Assembly: GCA_965209055.1 (NCBI GenBank)
Contig: OZ242374.1
Coordinates: forward strand, 1 to 64,000
DNA length: 64,000 nucleotides
Direction of reading: 5' to 3'
Source of the DNA: Acidobacteriota bacterium
GTDB taxonomy: Bacteria > Acidobacteriota > UBA6911 > RPQK01 > JAJDTT01
The position numbers and the translations under genes are program-made. Positions 10,960 through 19,102 of this stretch are shown here, in pieces; within the stretch, counting starts at the first letter, position 1, and each line of letters starts with the position of its first letter. Under the pieces are notes generated by a model. It searched no databases. It was not told where the DNA came from and was given only the letters and a program-made list of their open reading frames with translations.

Positions 10960-11274
10960 ATGGCAAGAAAGCAGCGGCGGTACCCGCCGGAGTTCCGCCA
11001 GGAGATCGTGGCGCTGGTGCGCTCGGGGCGATCGCCCGAGGCGCTGGCGCGGGAGTTCGAGCCCTCGGCGTCGGCCATCCGCAAGTGGGTCAAGCAGGCC
11101 GATCTGGACGAGGGGCACCGTAACGACGGGTTGACGACGTTCGAACGCCAGGAGTTGCGCCAGGCGCGGCGCGAGATCAAGCGCCTGCGAATGGAGCGGG
11201 ACATCTTAAAAAAAGCCGCGGCTTGGTTTGCCCGGGAGAGCGACTCGATCCCCGAAAAGGATTCGAGTTCGTGA
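10960..11274 (+). CDS. IS3-family transposase OrfA
   Basis: RRYPPEFRQEIVALVRSGRS..ELRQARREIKRLRMERDILKKAAAWFA; A7G slippery site at 11208-11215. Confidence 0.9.
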   Translation: MARKQRRYPPEFRQEIVALVRSGRSPEALAREFEPSASAIRKWVKQADLDEGHRNDGLTTFERQELRQARREIKRLRMERDILKKAAAWFARESDSIPEKDSSS

Positions 11275-12141
11275 AGGCGTACCGGGCCCGGTTTCCGATC
11301 CGGGTGATGTGCCGTGTTCTGGGTCTCTCCCGAGAGCGGGTACTACGCTTGGCTGAAGCGGCCCCCTTCGAAGCGGGTTCGCCGGGACCAGACGCTTCGG
11401 GAAACGATCGTGTGGATCTGGAACCAGAACCGGAGAGTGTACGGTCGGCCTCGTCTGCATGCCGAGCTGAGAGCTCGAGGGGAACGGACGAGCCCGAAGC
11501 GTGTGGGTCGATTGATGCGGGAAGCCGGGATTCAGGGAGCGAGCCGGAGGCGCCGGAAGGCCGGGCTCACCCGGAGGGACCGGAAGGCGCGCCCGGCACC
11601 GGACCTGGTGAACCGGAACTTCGCGGCCGAGAGACCGGATCAACTCTGGGTGGCGGACCTCACCTACGTCCGCACAAAGGCGGGCTGGTTGTACGTGGCC
11701 GTGGTTCTGGACGCCTGGAGCCGCCGGATCGTGGGGTGGGCAATGGCGACCCATCTGCGATCCGAACTGGTGGAGAAGGCGCTCGCCATGGCGGTGATCC
11801 GGCGCCAGCCGAAGCAGGTGATCCACCACTCGGACCAGGGAACGCAGTACACCTCGGCTGCCTTCGGCAAACGATGCCGGGAGGCGGGAGTGCGGCCGTC
11901 GATGGGCTCCGTCGGGGACGCCTACGACAACGCGATGTGTGAGAGCTTCTTCGCGACGCTGGAGTGCGAGTTGCTGGATCGTCACCGGTTCCGGAACCCG
12001 GGCGAGGCGAGGCGGGCCGTCTTCGACTTCATTGAGGGATTCTACAACCGGCGGCGCCGCCATTCGGCGCTGGGATACGAGTCACCGGTCCGCTACGAGC
12101 AGCAGGCGGCGTCGGAGCAACGCCGTCTTCGAGCTGCCTGA
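11208..12141 (+). pseudogene. IS3-family transposase OrfB (DDE), with an extra 1-bp frameshift near 11330
   Basis: WVADLTY, HHSDQGTQYTS and DNAMCESFF motifs. The N-terminal part (FPIRVMCRVLGLS) and the rest (ESGYYAW) are in different frames because of the CCC at 11329-11331. Confidence 0.8.
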
Positions 12142-12534
12142 GAACGACGCCGGCACGGCCACCGTCGCACCCAGCCTCGCACGCGACACGATTGAAGGGG
12201 GCAGGGGGGCGCTGCCCCCCTGAGACCCCCGGATGCAAAGAGACATAAAAAACTCTTAAATCCCTGGAAAGAGAGACCGAGGCCCCCTCGTTAAGCGGTA
12301 CCCCATTGTGGAAAATCAGAGATTTCCCACAACGTGAGCCCTTTTGCTGACCCGTCCAAAGGTCGCCCTCACAAGAAAGAAAGAGCGCTCTGTCAGTAGC
12401 CAAAACCCTGACATCCTCGATGGCCATTGACCGTCGTCGTGGGGAAGTCTTGCTCCCCACCGACAGAAGGGGTATTAAACCTAAGGCAACGTAGACCGCA
12501 CCAATAAACCGTCCACGAAAACGGGGCACCCTCA

Positions 12535-12619
12535 CTGTCTTGGGCAGTCCCACCGAGACTTCCCCCGAAAATCGTCGAATCTGCACTCGAATCTGGGCGG
12601 CTACTTTGGCACTATGCAT
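12535..12619 (-). pseudogene. IS4-family transposase N-terminal fragment
   Basis: MHSAKVAAQIRVQIRRFSGEVSVGLPKT, cut exactly at the IS3 right end; same strand as the C-terminal fragment. Confidence 0.55.
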
Positions 12620-12891
12620 TTGGGTCCCTCCGCTGTAACTGGTTCTTGGAATTGGGCTTCCACTGAATCAGTCTACCGCTCCGGGACCCACATTCTTTCG
12701 TGGCGAAAGTTCCCTCATTTTTCGAAAATTCGACCCATTCCACTTGTCGAATCTTCTTATTCTCCTATTATCAATGGCTTACGATGATTCCCCCTCAATT
12801 TTTGGAGGAACTCCTGGCTCCTGACTAATGGACATCAAAGTTCGACCGTGAGAGGCTGGCAACGCCCTCACGGAAGAAAGGAGACCGCATC

Positions 12892-14001
12892 ATGGATTTC
12901 ATTGACAAGCTTAAGGCTCTGGCTGTCCGTGCCCAAACCCATGCTACCCACGCCCAGACCGAAGAAGCGACCAAGACCGCACTCGTTCTTCCATTCTTGA
13001 ATGTTCTGGGGTACGACGTCTTTAACCCGACCGAAGTTGTCCCAGAGTACACAGCCGACGTGGGTCAAAAGCGGGGTGAGAAGGTGGACTACGCCATTTT
13101 GAAGGATGGAGCACCCATCATCATTCTGGAGTGTAAGTCTGTGGGGTCCGATCTAAATTCGGCGAATGCCTCCCAACTTTACCGCTACTTCACGACCACA
13201 GAATCTCGCTTCGGCGTCCTCACGAACGGAATGGTCTACAGGTTCTATTCCGACTTGGAAGAACCGAACAAGATGGACCCTAGACCCTTTCTAGAGTTTA
13301 ATCTGTCCAATTTCACACCTAGTGCCGTGGAGAATCTGAAACGGTTCACAAAAGACTCCTTCGACATAGAAGACTCCATTCGGGCCGCCACAAATTTGAA
13401 GTACACCACGGCCATCAAACGAATTCTGGCAGACCAACTCAGGCGACCCTATGAGGACTTTGTGTTTTTTGTCTTGGGTCAAGTTTACAAGGGGATGAAA
13501 ACCAAGGCCGTCAGGGAAAAATTTGCGGATCTGACCAAACACGCCTTCCGGGAGTTCATCAACGATCGGGTCAACGACCGTCTGCAATCAGCCTTGGATA
13601 ATGAGCCTTCCGCTGATCCTTCTGGGGACGATGAGCCTTCTCTCGATCCTGCTCCGAAGAAAACAGATGGGCCACTCGACATCACACGGAAACCCGGAAT
13701 TGTAACGACGGAAGAGGAGATCCAAGCCTATTCCATAGTTAAATCCGTACTGGCCGAAGCTGTAGATCTGGACCGGGTAACGCTTCGGGACCTAAAATCT
13801 TTCTGCAATGTCCTGCTAGACGACAGTCTGCAGCGGCTGATCTGTCGTTTCCGTTTCGATGGTGAGAATAAGTCTGTTGGGGTTCCCAACCCCAATTCGG
13901 AGGAGGTTCTGTTCCCCATTGATTCCCTCAACGAGATTTACGGCCTGAAAGATGCTCTAAGGGAGCGTATCTCGTTTCTCCTGTCCAAGTTCGGCTCATG
14001 A
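12892..14001 (+). CDS. Stand-alone type I restriction enzyme HsdR N-terminal domain (PD-(D/E)xK nuclease) protein
   Basis: TEEATKTALVLPFLNVLGYDVFNPTEVVPEYTADVG..KVDYAI..IILECK..QLYRYF..LTNG; AAGGAG RBS. Confidence 0.85.
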   Translation: MDFIDKLKALAVRAQTHATHAQTEEATKTALVLPFLNVLGYDVFNPTEVVPEYTADVGQKRGEKVDYAILKDGAPIIILECKSVGSDLNSANASQLYRYFTTTESRFGVLTNGMVYRFYSDLEEPNKMDPRPFLEFNLSNFTPSAVENLKRFTKDSFDIEDSIRAATNLKYTTAIKRILADQLRRPYEDFVFFVLGQVYKGMKTKAVREKFADLTKHAFREFINDRVNDRLQSALDNEPSADPSGDDEPSLDPAPKKTDGPLDITRKPGIVTTEEEIQAYSIVKSVLAEAVDLDRVTLRDLKSFCNVLLDDSLQRLICRFRFDGENKSVGVPNPNSEEVLFPIDSLNEIYGLKDALRERISFLLSKFGS

Positions 14002-14153
14002 GAACGCTAAGTTGGCCTCAACTGAGATGTTGCAGATGGACTTGGCCCGTGTTGAGGTGAACCATGCCAAGAAATCGAAATTGCCATCTTTGTCCCTTCC
14101 CCGGCAAATAGCTTCTTGGTGATCTGCGATGGGCTCCCGGAAGACGGGGTTTT

Positions 14154-14924
14154 ATGGAGACCAGTCCCAATCAGGTCAGCGACTCCCCCGCCCACGGTCG
14201 GGTCGAGTCCTTCCTCTACGCCCTCGTAGTTCTCGCCTGTCTTATCACCATACCCCTCATCTTCTACCAATGGCAGGGGGCTAGTTCCCGGCTTCTGATC
14301 GCTCTTGATTGGAGCATCTGGTCTGTCTTTGTCGCCGAATATGGAGTCCTTCTGATGCGCGCTCCCGATAGAAGACGGTTCATCGCTGAGAATTGGCTGA
14401 ACGCCGGGATCATTGCCCTGTCCTTCCCTCAACTCCCCGCCATTATGGGAATTGTCCGCTTGGTCCGTCTGACCCGGGTTCTTCGGCTATTCCTGGTAGC
14501 GGCCAAAGGCCTCCACACGATGAAGCTCGTCTTGAGTCAAAAGAGTTTTGTCTATGTGCTGAGCGTGACGGCACTTCTTGTGGTGGTAGCGGCGCAGATA
14601 CTTCATATGGTTGAACCCATGTCTGGGGGATTCGCGGAGGGGCTGTGGTGGGCCGTAGTCACTACGATGGGCTACGAGGAATATACTATTCCAAAGACGA
14701 CCGCTGGTCGTCTTGTTGCGGTCATGCTGATGCTGGGGGGTGCAGCTCTGATCTCCACAGTGGCGGCATCGGTTTCAGCTTATTTCATCGGAACTGAGAG
14801 AGCTGAAGAGTACGAAGACGTCAAGGACCGTCTGGAGCGGATCGAACGATTGCTGGAGCGACGTTCCCCGGTTGCCTCCGTCCAATCAACACACGGAAGA
14901 AACCATAGTGAGGACGAGCCGTAG
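14154..14924 (+). CDS. 6-TM voltage-gated-type ion (potassium-like) channel with atypical pore
   Basis: S4-like IVRLVRLTRVLRLF; pore helix GLWWAVVT then TMGYEEYTIPKTTAGRLVAV; C-terminal coiled coil. Confidence 0.8.
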   Translation: METSPNQVSDSPAHGRVESFLYALVVLACLITIPLIFYQWQGASSRLLIALDWSIWSVFVAEYGVLLMRAPDRRRFIAENWLNAGIIALSFPQLPAIMGIVRLVRLTRVLRLFLVAAKGLHTMKLVLSQKSFVYVLSVTALLVVVAAQILHMVEPMSGGFAEGLWWAVVTTMGYEEYTIPKTTAGRLVAVMLMLGGAALISTVAASVSAYFIGTERAEEYEDVKDRLERIERLLERRSPVASVQSTHGRNHSEDEP

Positions 14925-14963
14925 CCGCCAAATGCGCGAACCCAGAACTCTTGCGCCGGGCTG

Positions 14964-16301
14964 TCACTGAAGGCCAGCCGCCAGGGAGGCCAGCGTCTTG
15001 TCCGCAGCCTGTAGCGTCTTCCGGACATCCGCATCGGAGTGGGCGGCCGAGACGAAATTGGCCTCGAACTGGGAGGGCGCCGTGTAGACGCCGCGATCCA
15101 GCATCCCGCGGAAAAAGGCGGCGAAACGTTGCAGGTCGCAGGTCTTGGCCTCGGCGAATCCCGTGACCGGTCCCTCCCGGTGAAACGGCGTGAGCATGGA
15201 GCCGCAACGCTGGACCTGAAGAGGAATCGAGTGGCGGCCGCCCGCCTCCCTCAATCCCCGGCACAGTTCGGACGCTCTCTCCTCCATGGCTTCGTAGGGG
15301 CGGTCCCGTTCCAGGATCTCCAGCGTCTTCAGGCCGGCCGCCACGGCAATGGGATTCCCGGAAAGAGTCCCCGCCTGGTAGACGGAGCCCTGGGGAGCCA
15401 TCATTTCCATGATGTCCTTGCGCCCGCCGTAGGCCCCGATGGGCAACCCGCCGCCCACCACCTTGCCCAGGCAGGTCATGGGAGCCGCCACCGAGAATCG
15501 TTCCTGAGCCCCTCCCAGCGCCAGCCGGAACCCGGTGATCACCTCATCGAAGATGACCACGGCGCCGTGAGCCTCACCCAGCTCCAAAACGCCCTGGAGA
15601 AACCCCTCATGAGGAAGCAACACTCCCATGTTGGCGGGCACCGGCTCCAGGATGACGGCCGCGATCCGATCGGGATAGGCGCCGAAGGCGGCTTCCAACC
15701 GGTCGAGATCGTTGAAGGGAACGGTCAGCGTCTCCCGGGCATAGCCTTCGGGGACTCCGGGGCTGTCGGCCAATCCCAGAGTCAGCACACCGGATCCCGC
15801 CTGGACCAGCAGGCCGTCGGAGTGACCGTGGTAGCAGCCGTCGAATTTCACCACCAGGGAACGGCCGGTGTAGGCGCGGGCGAGCCGCAACGCGGTCATG
15901 GTGGCCTCGGTGCCCGAGTTGACCAGCCTCACCTTCTCGATGGAGGGAAACAGGCCGCAGATCTTCTCGGCCAGCAGCACCTCTCCCTCGGTGGGCGCTC
16001 CGTAGCTGGTCCCCCGCTGCGCCGCTTCGGTCACCGCCTGGACGACTTCGGGCCGGGCATGTCCCAGGATCAGCGGACCCCAGGAGCCCAGGTAGTCCAC
16101 GTAGCGGTTGCCGTCCATGTCCACCACCTGCGAACCGTTCCCCGACCGCAGGAAGGGAGGACTCCCCCCCACCGCCTTGAAGGCCCGCACCGGACTGTTG
16201 ACGCCGCCCGGCATGACCTGCCGGGCCCGATCCATCAAGGCAGTGCTCTCGGCGTTGGCCTGGAGCCTGCCCGCTTCCGACGAGTCGTTCCGGTTTTTCA
16301 A
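14964..16301 (-). CDS. hemL: Glutamate-1-semialdehyde 2,1-aminomutase
   Basis: MPGGVNSPVRAF, SWGPLILGH, VNSGTEA, GCYHGH, FDEVITGFR, GKVVGGGLP. TTG start inferred. Confidence 0.96.
   Translation of the reverse strand: MKNRNDSSEAGRLQANAESTALMDRARQVMPGGVNSPVRAFKAVGGSPPFLRSGNGSQVVDMDGNRYVDYLGSWGPLILGHARPEVVQAVTEAAQRGTSYGAPTEGEVLLAEKICGLFPSIEKVRLVNSGTEATMTALRLARAYTGRSLVVKFDGCYHGHSDGLLVQAGSGVLTLGLADSPGVPEGYARETLTVPFNDLDRLEAAFGAYPDRIAAVILEPVPANMGVLLPHEGFLQGVLELGEAHGAVVIFDEVITGFRLALGGAQERFSVAAPMTCLGKVVGGGLPIGAYGGRKDIMEMMAPQGSVYQAGTLSGNPIAVAAGLKTLEILERDRPYEAMEERASELCRGLREAGGRHSIPLQVQRCGSMLTPFHREGPVTGFAEAKTCDLQRFAAFFRGMLDRGVYTAPSQFEANFVSAAHSDADVRKTLQAADKTLASLAAGLQ
15013..15754. repeat. Right copy of 742-bp direct repeat (inside intact hemL)
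   Basis: Matches 8917-9658. Confidence 0.92.
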
Positions 16302-16321
16302 GGAGTTCCCCCTGGTTTGTC

Positions 16322-17338
16322 CTATTCGGTCCAATCGCCGCGCCGAATCCTCTCGGCCACCTCGCACGCGAAATAGGTCAGAATGATGTCGGCTCCCGCT
16401 CGCCGGATCGAAAGCAACGTTTCCCTCACGGCCTGGTCCCGGTTCAGCCAACCCTGGGCGAAGGCCGCGCAGAGGGCGCTGTATTCTCCGCTCACCTGGT
16501 AGGCGGCCACCGGAACTTCGGACATTCGGCGGACCCGGTGGATGATGTCCAGATAGGGCAGCGCCGGTTTCACCATGACCATGTCGGCCCCTTCCTCCAG
16601 ATCCAGGCGGACCTCCCGTTCGGCCTCGCGGGCGTTGGCCGGGTCCATCTGGTAGCTCTTCCGGTCACCGAAACTGGGGGCCGACTCGGCCGCTTCCCGG
16701 AAAGGTCCGTAGTAGGCGGAGGCGTACTTGGCCGCGTACGAGAGGATCGCCGTCTCCTGGAAACCTTCCGAGTCGAGAGTTTTGCGGATGGCCCCCACCC
16801 TTCCGTCCATCATGTCCGAAGGGGCCACCAGGTGGGCGCCCGCCCGGGCGTAGGCCAGGGCTTCCTGGGAGAGCAGTTCGAGCGTGCCGTCGTTGTCGAC
16901 GCGGGGAGGATCGTCCAGCAGGCGTCCGCAGTGCCCGTGGTCCGTGTATTCGCAGAGGCAGACGTCCGCGATCAGCAGCAGGTCCCCGACTTTCTCCCTG
17001 CCTGCCTGGAGAGCCCGGCAGATAAGCCCGTCCCGGGCGTATCCCGGGGTTCCCAGTGCGTCCTTCTCCGACGGGTCCGGGATTCCGAAGAGCATCACTC
17101 CGGCGATCTCCAACTCCTGGACCCGTTCCAACTCCTGGACCAGAAGGTCCACCGAGTACCGGAACTGGCCCGGCATGGACGGGATCTCCTCCCGGACGCC
17201 CCGCCCCTCGCGAACGAACATGGGGTAGATCAACTGTCCCGGCTCGAGACGGGTCTCCCGGACCATGCGGCGCAATCGGGGACTGGTTCGCAGACGGCGG
17301 GGGCGGATGGCGAGTGTCATGGGGAGATCCGACTTCAA
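16322..17338 (-). CDS. hemB: Porphobilinogen synthase (ALA dehydratase)
   Basis: RPRRLR, DVCLCEYTDHGHCG (Zn-binding Cys), APSDMMDGR, YYGPFREA, MVKP. Confidence 0.97.
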   Translation of the reverse strand: MKSDLPMTLAIRPRRLRTSPRLRRMVRETRLEPGQLIYPMFVREGRGVREEIPSMPGQFRYSVDLLVQELERVQELEIAGVMLFGIPDPSEKDALGTPGYARDGLICRALQAGREKVGDLLLIADVCLCEYTDHGHCGRLLDDPPRVDNDGTLELLSQEALAYARAGAHLVAPSDMMDGRVGAIRKTLDSEGFQETAILSYAAKYASAYYGPFREAAESAPSFGDRKSYQMDPANAREAEREVRLDLEEGADMVMVKPALPYLDIIHRVRRMSEVPVAAYQVSGEYSALCAAFAQGWLNRDQAVRETLLSIRRAGADIILTYFACEVAERIRRGDWTE

Positions 17339-17363
17339 TCCGACTGCGGTCGGTTATTTGGCA

Positions 17364-17436
17364 TGGCGGTGGAGGGACTCGAACCCCCGACTCGGCGGAT
17401 ATGAGCCGCCTGCTCTGACCACTGAGCTACACCGCC
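17364..17436 (-). tRNA. tRNA-Met (CAT), probably elongator; 3' CCA not encoded
   Basis: GGCGGTGTAGCTCAGTGGTCAGAGCAGGCGGCTCATATCCGCCGAGTCGGGGGTTCGAGTCCCTCCACCGCCA folds as a cloverleaf with a G1-C72 pair. Confidence 0.92.
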
Positions 17437-17447
17437 AACGGCGATCG

Positions 17448-17477
17448 AATATAACTGAACGGACGGCGCTACATCAA
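17448..17477 (-). promoter_or_regulatory. Putative sigma70 promoter for tRNA-hemB-hemL
   Basis: TTGATG-N18-TATATT, 11 nt upstream of the tRNA. Confidence 0.4.
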
Positions 17478-17517
17478 CGCGGCAGCGGCCATCGAGTCGG
17501 CACTGCGGTGGTCTGGC

Positions 17518-18777
17518 TCAGACGGCGGCCGACGCCACGATGGGCGTTTCTTTCCGGGATTCGTACCACTCCCGGAAGACCATGAGGTTGGGGCGCATCA
17601 CCGTCGAGATCCGGGCGCTTCCCAGGAAGACGTCCTGGCTCTTGTAGCCGTTTCCGGTGATTCCGACCACCACCGATTCGTCGGGCCGGATCCGGTTTTG
17701 GCGGAGAAGCTTGATGGTGACGGCCAGAGTGGTTCCTCCGGCCGGTTCGGTGAAGACGCCCTCGGTCTCCGCCAGCAGCCGAATGGCGGCCAGGATTTCC
17801 TCATCCTCCGCCATCTCTCCCCAGCCGCCGGACTGGCGGACGTTCTGCAGCACGTAGGGGCCGTCGGCCGGGTCGCCGATGGCGATGGCCTTGGCCACCG
17901 TGTTCGGTTTCTCGGGGTTGATGTAGTCGAGACCCTGATGGAGGGCCCGGATCACCGGCGCGCAACCGGCCGCCTGGGCGCAGTGGATCTTGGTGTGGCC
18001 CTCGGCCCAGCCCAGGTGCACCACCTCTTCGAGAGCCTTGGCGACGCGGGGAAGCAGGGTTCCTCCAGCCGTGGGAAGGACCAGGTGGTCGGGAAGCCGC
18101 CAACCCAACTGTTCCACGATCTCGAAGCCCATGGTTTTGGCCCCTTCGGTGTAGTAGGGCCTGAGATTGACGTTGACGAATCCCCAGCCGTAGTGGTCGC
18201 CGATTTCGGCGCAGAGGCGGTTCACGTCGTCGTAGTTGCCCTCCAGTCCCACGAGTTCGGGCCCGTGGATGAGCGAGCCGAGAATCTTGCTCGGTTCCGT
18301 CGTCTCGGGAATGAAGATGAGGCAGGGAAGACCGGTCCGGGCGCAGTGGGCCGCCACCGAGTTGCCGAGATTGCCGGTGGACGCACAGGAGAAGACCTCG
18401 TATCCCAATTCCCTCCCCCGGCTCAGGGCGACGGAGACGACCCGGTCCTTGTAGGAGAAACTGGGATGATTGACCGAATCGTCCTTGAGATAGAGTTCCT
18501 TCAGTCCCAGCCGGCGGGCCAGCCGGTCCGCCCGGATCAAAGGTGTGAAGCCGGAGTGGAACCCGGTCACCGGCGCGCCATCCAAGGGCAGCAGCTCCCG
18601 GTAGCGCCATAGATTCGGGGGTCGGGTCGCGATCTTGGCGGGATTCAGATTGGCCCCGATCTTCTCGTAGTCGTACAGGACCTCCAAGGGCCCGAAGCAC
18701 TCGAGACAAATGAAGCTCCGATCCGCCGGGTAGCGTTGGTCGCACTCCTTGCAGCCCAGACCCGTCAAGTAACTCAT
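17518..18777 (-). CDS. thrC: Threonine synthase-like PLP enzyme (fold type II)
   Basis: N-terminal CxxC..CxxC, LWRYRELLP, PSFSYKDR (PLP Lys), ASTGNL, EGVFTEPAGG, ITGNGYK. Confidence 0.85.
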   Translation of the reverse strand: MSYLTGLGCKECDQRYPADRSFICLECFGPLEVLYDYEKIGANLNPAKIATRPPNLWRYRELLPLDGAPVTGFHSGFTPLIRADRLARRLGLKELYLKDDSVNHPSFSYKDRVVSVALSRGRELGYEVFSCASTGNLGNSVAAHCARTGLPCLIFIPETTEPSKILGSLIHGPELVGLEGNYDDVNRLCAEIGDHYGWGFVNVNLRPYYTEGAKTMGFEIVEQLGWRLPDHLVLPTAGGTLLPRVAKALEEVVHLGWAEGHTKIHCAQAAGCAPVIRALHQGLDYINPEKPNTVAKAIAIGDPADGPYVLQNVRQSGGWGEMAEDEEILAAIRLLAETEGVFTEPAGGTTLAVTIKLLRQNRIRPDESVVVGITGNGYKSQDVFLGSARISTVMRPNLMVFREWYESRKETPIVASAAV

Positions 18778-18820
18778 CCTGCTTCCCTTTCCCTTGTCCC
18801 GGCAGGACGGATCGCCAAAC

Positions 18821-18853
18821 AACAAAAAAGCCCTTTCCCGCTGAGAAAGGGCT
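18821..18853 (-). terminator. Intrinsic terminator (riboswitch expression platform)
   Basis: AGCCCTTTC-TCAGCGG-GAAAGGGCT followed by a T-run, between the aptamer and the start codon. Confidence 0.85.
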
Positions 18854-18867
18854 CCCACGCAACCGGG

Positions 18868-18978
18868 CTTATCTTTCAGACAAGCGGGCGAACCCGTCTG
18901 CGGGATTTGGCACCGTACCATTCAAGGGCCGGTTGCCGTGACATCCTAGGGCCCGATCCCTCCGTCACTCTGGATAAG
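18868..18978 (-). ncRNA. SAM-I (S-box) riboswitch
   Basis: CTTATCCAGAG..GGAGGGATCGGGCCCTAGGA..CGGCAACC..GGTGCCAAATCCCGCAG..CTGAAAGATAAG fits the SAM-I consensus, with P1 CTTATC/GATAAG. Confidence 0.92.
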
Positions 18979-19102
18979 GACAAGAAATGGGATAATAGGT
19001 TGGAATCCACGTTTCTGTCAAGAGCGTCGTTCTATTGGATAGGAGGCAACCTCCTCTGCCGGCTCCTCTTGGTTCCGGCCGCAGCCGTCTTCGAGCAAAG
19101 CG

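Larger units (their letters stand above)
10900..12534 (+). mobile_element. IS3-family insertion sequence
   Basis: IRL TGGAGTTGACCCGCTTTCGTGGAC and IRR (reverse complement) TGAGGGTGCCCCGTTTTCGTGGAC; TG..CA ends; orfA/orfB organisation; no perfect TSD. Confidence 0.9.
10602..12816 (-). mobile_element. IS4-family insertion sequence, internally deleted and interrupted by an IS3-family element
   Basis: Imperfect terminal IRs CTAGACTTCCCCCA / CAGGAGTTCCTCCA. Perfect 9-bp TSD GCTCCTGAC at 10593-10601 and 12817-12825. The family assignment is from recall of similar ends and transposase termini. Confidence 0.75.
9659..14963. mobile_element. Integrase-less genomic islet between the two hemL 3' copies
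   Basis: Bounded by long direct repeats, partly more AT-rich than the flanks, and carrying TA, IS elements, a nuclease and a channel. Confidence 0.7.

Noticed and set aside
17364-17436. tRNA-Met as an island attachment site
   Set aside because: I saw no duplicated tRNA 3' end and no integrase, and the flanks are core genes.
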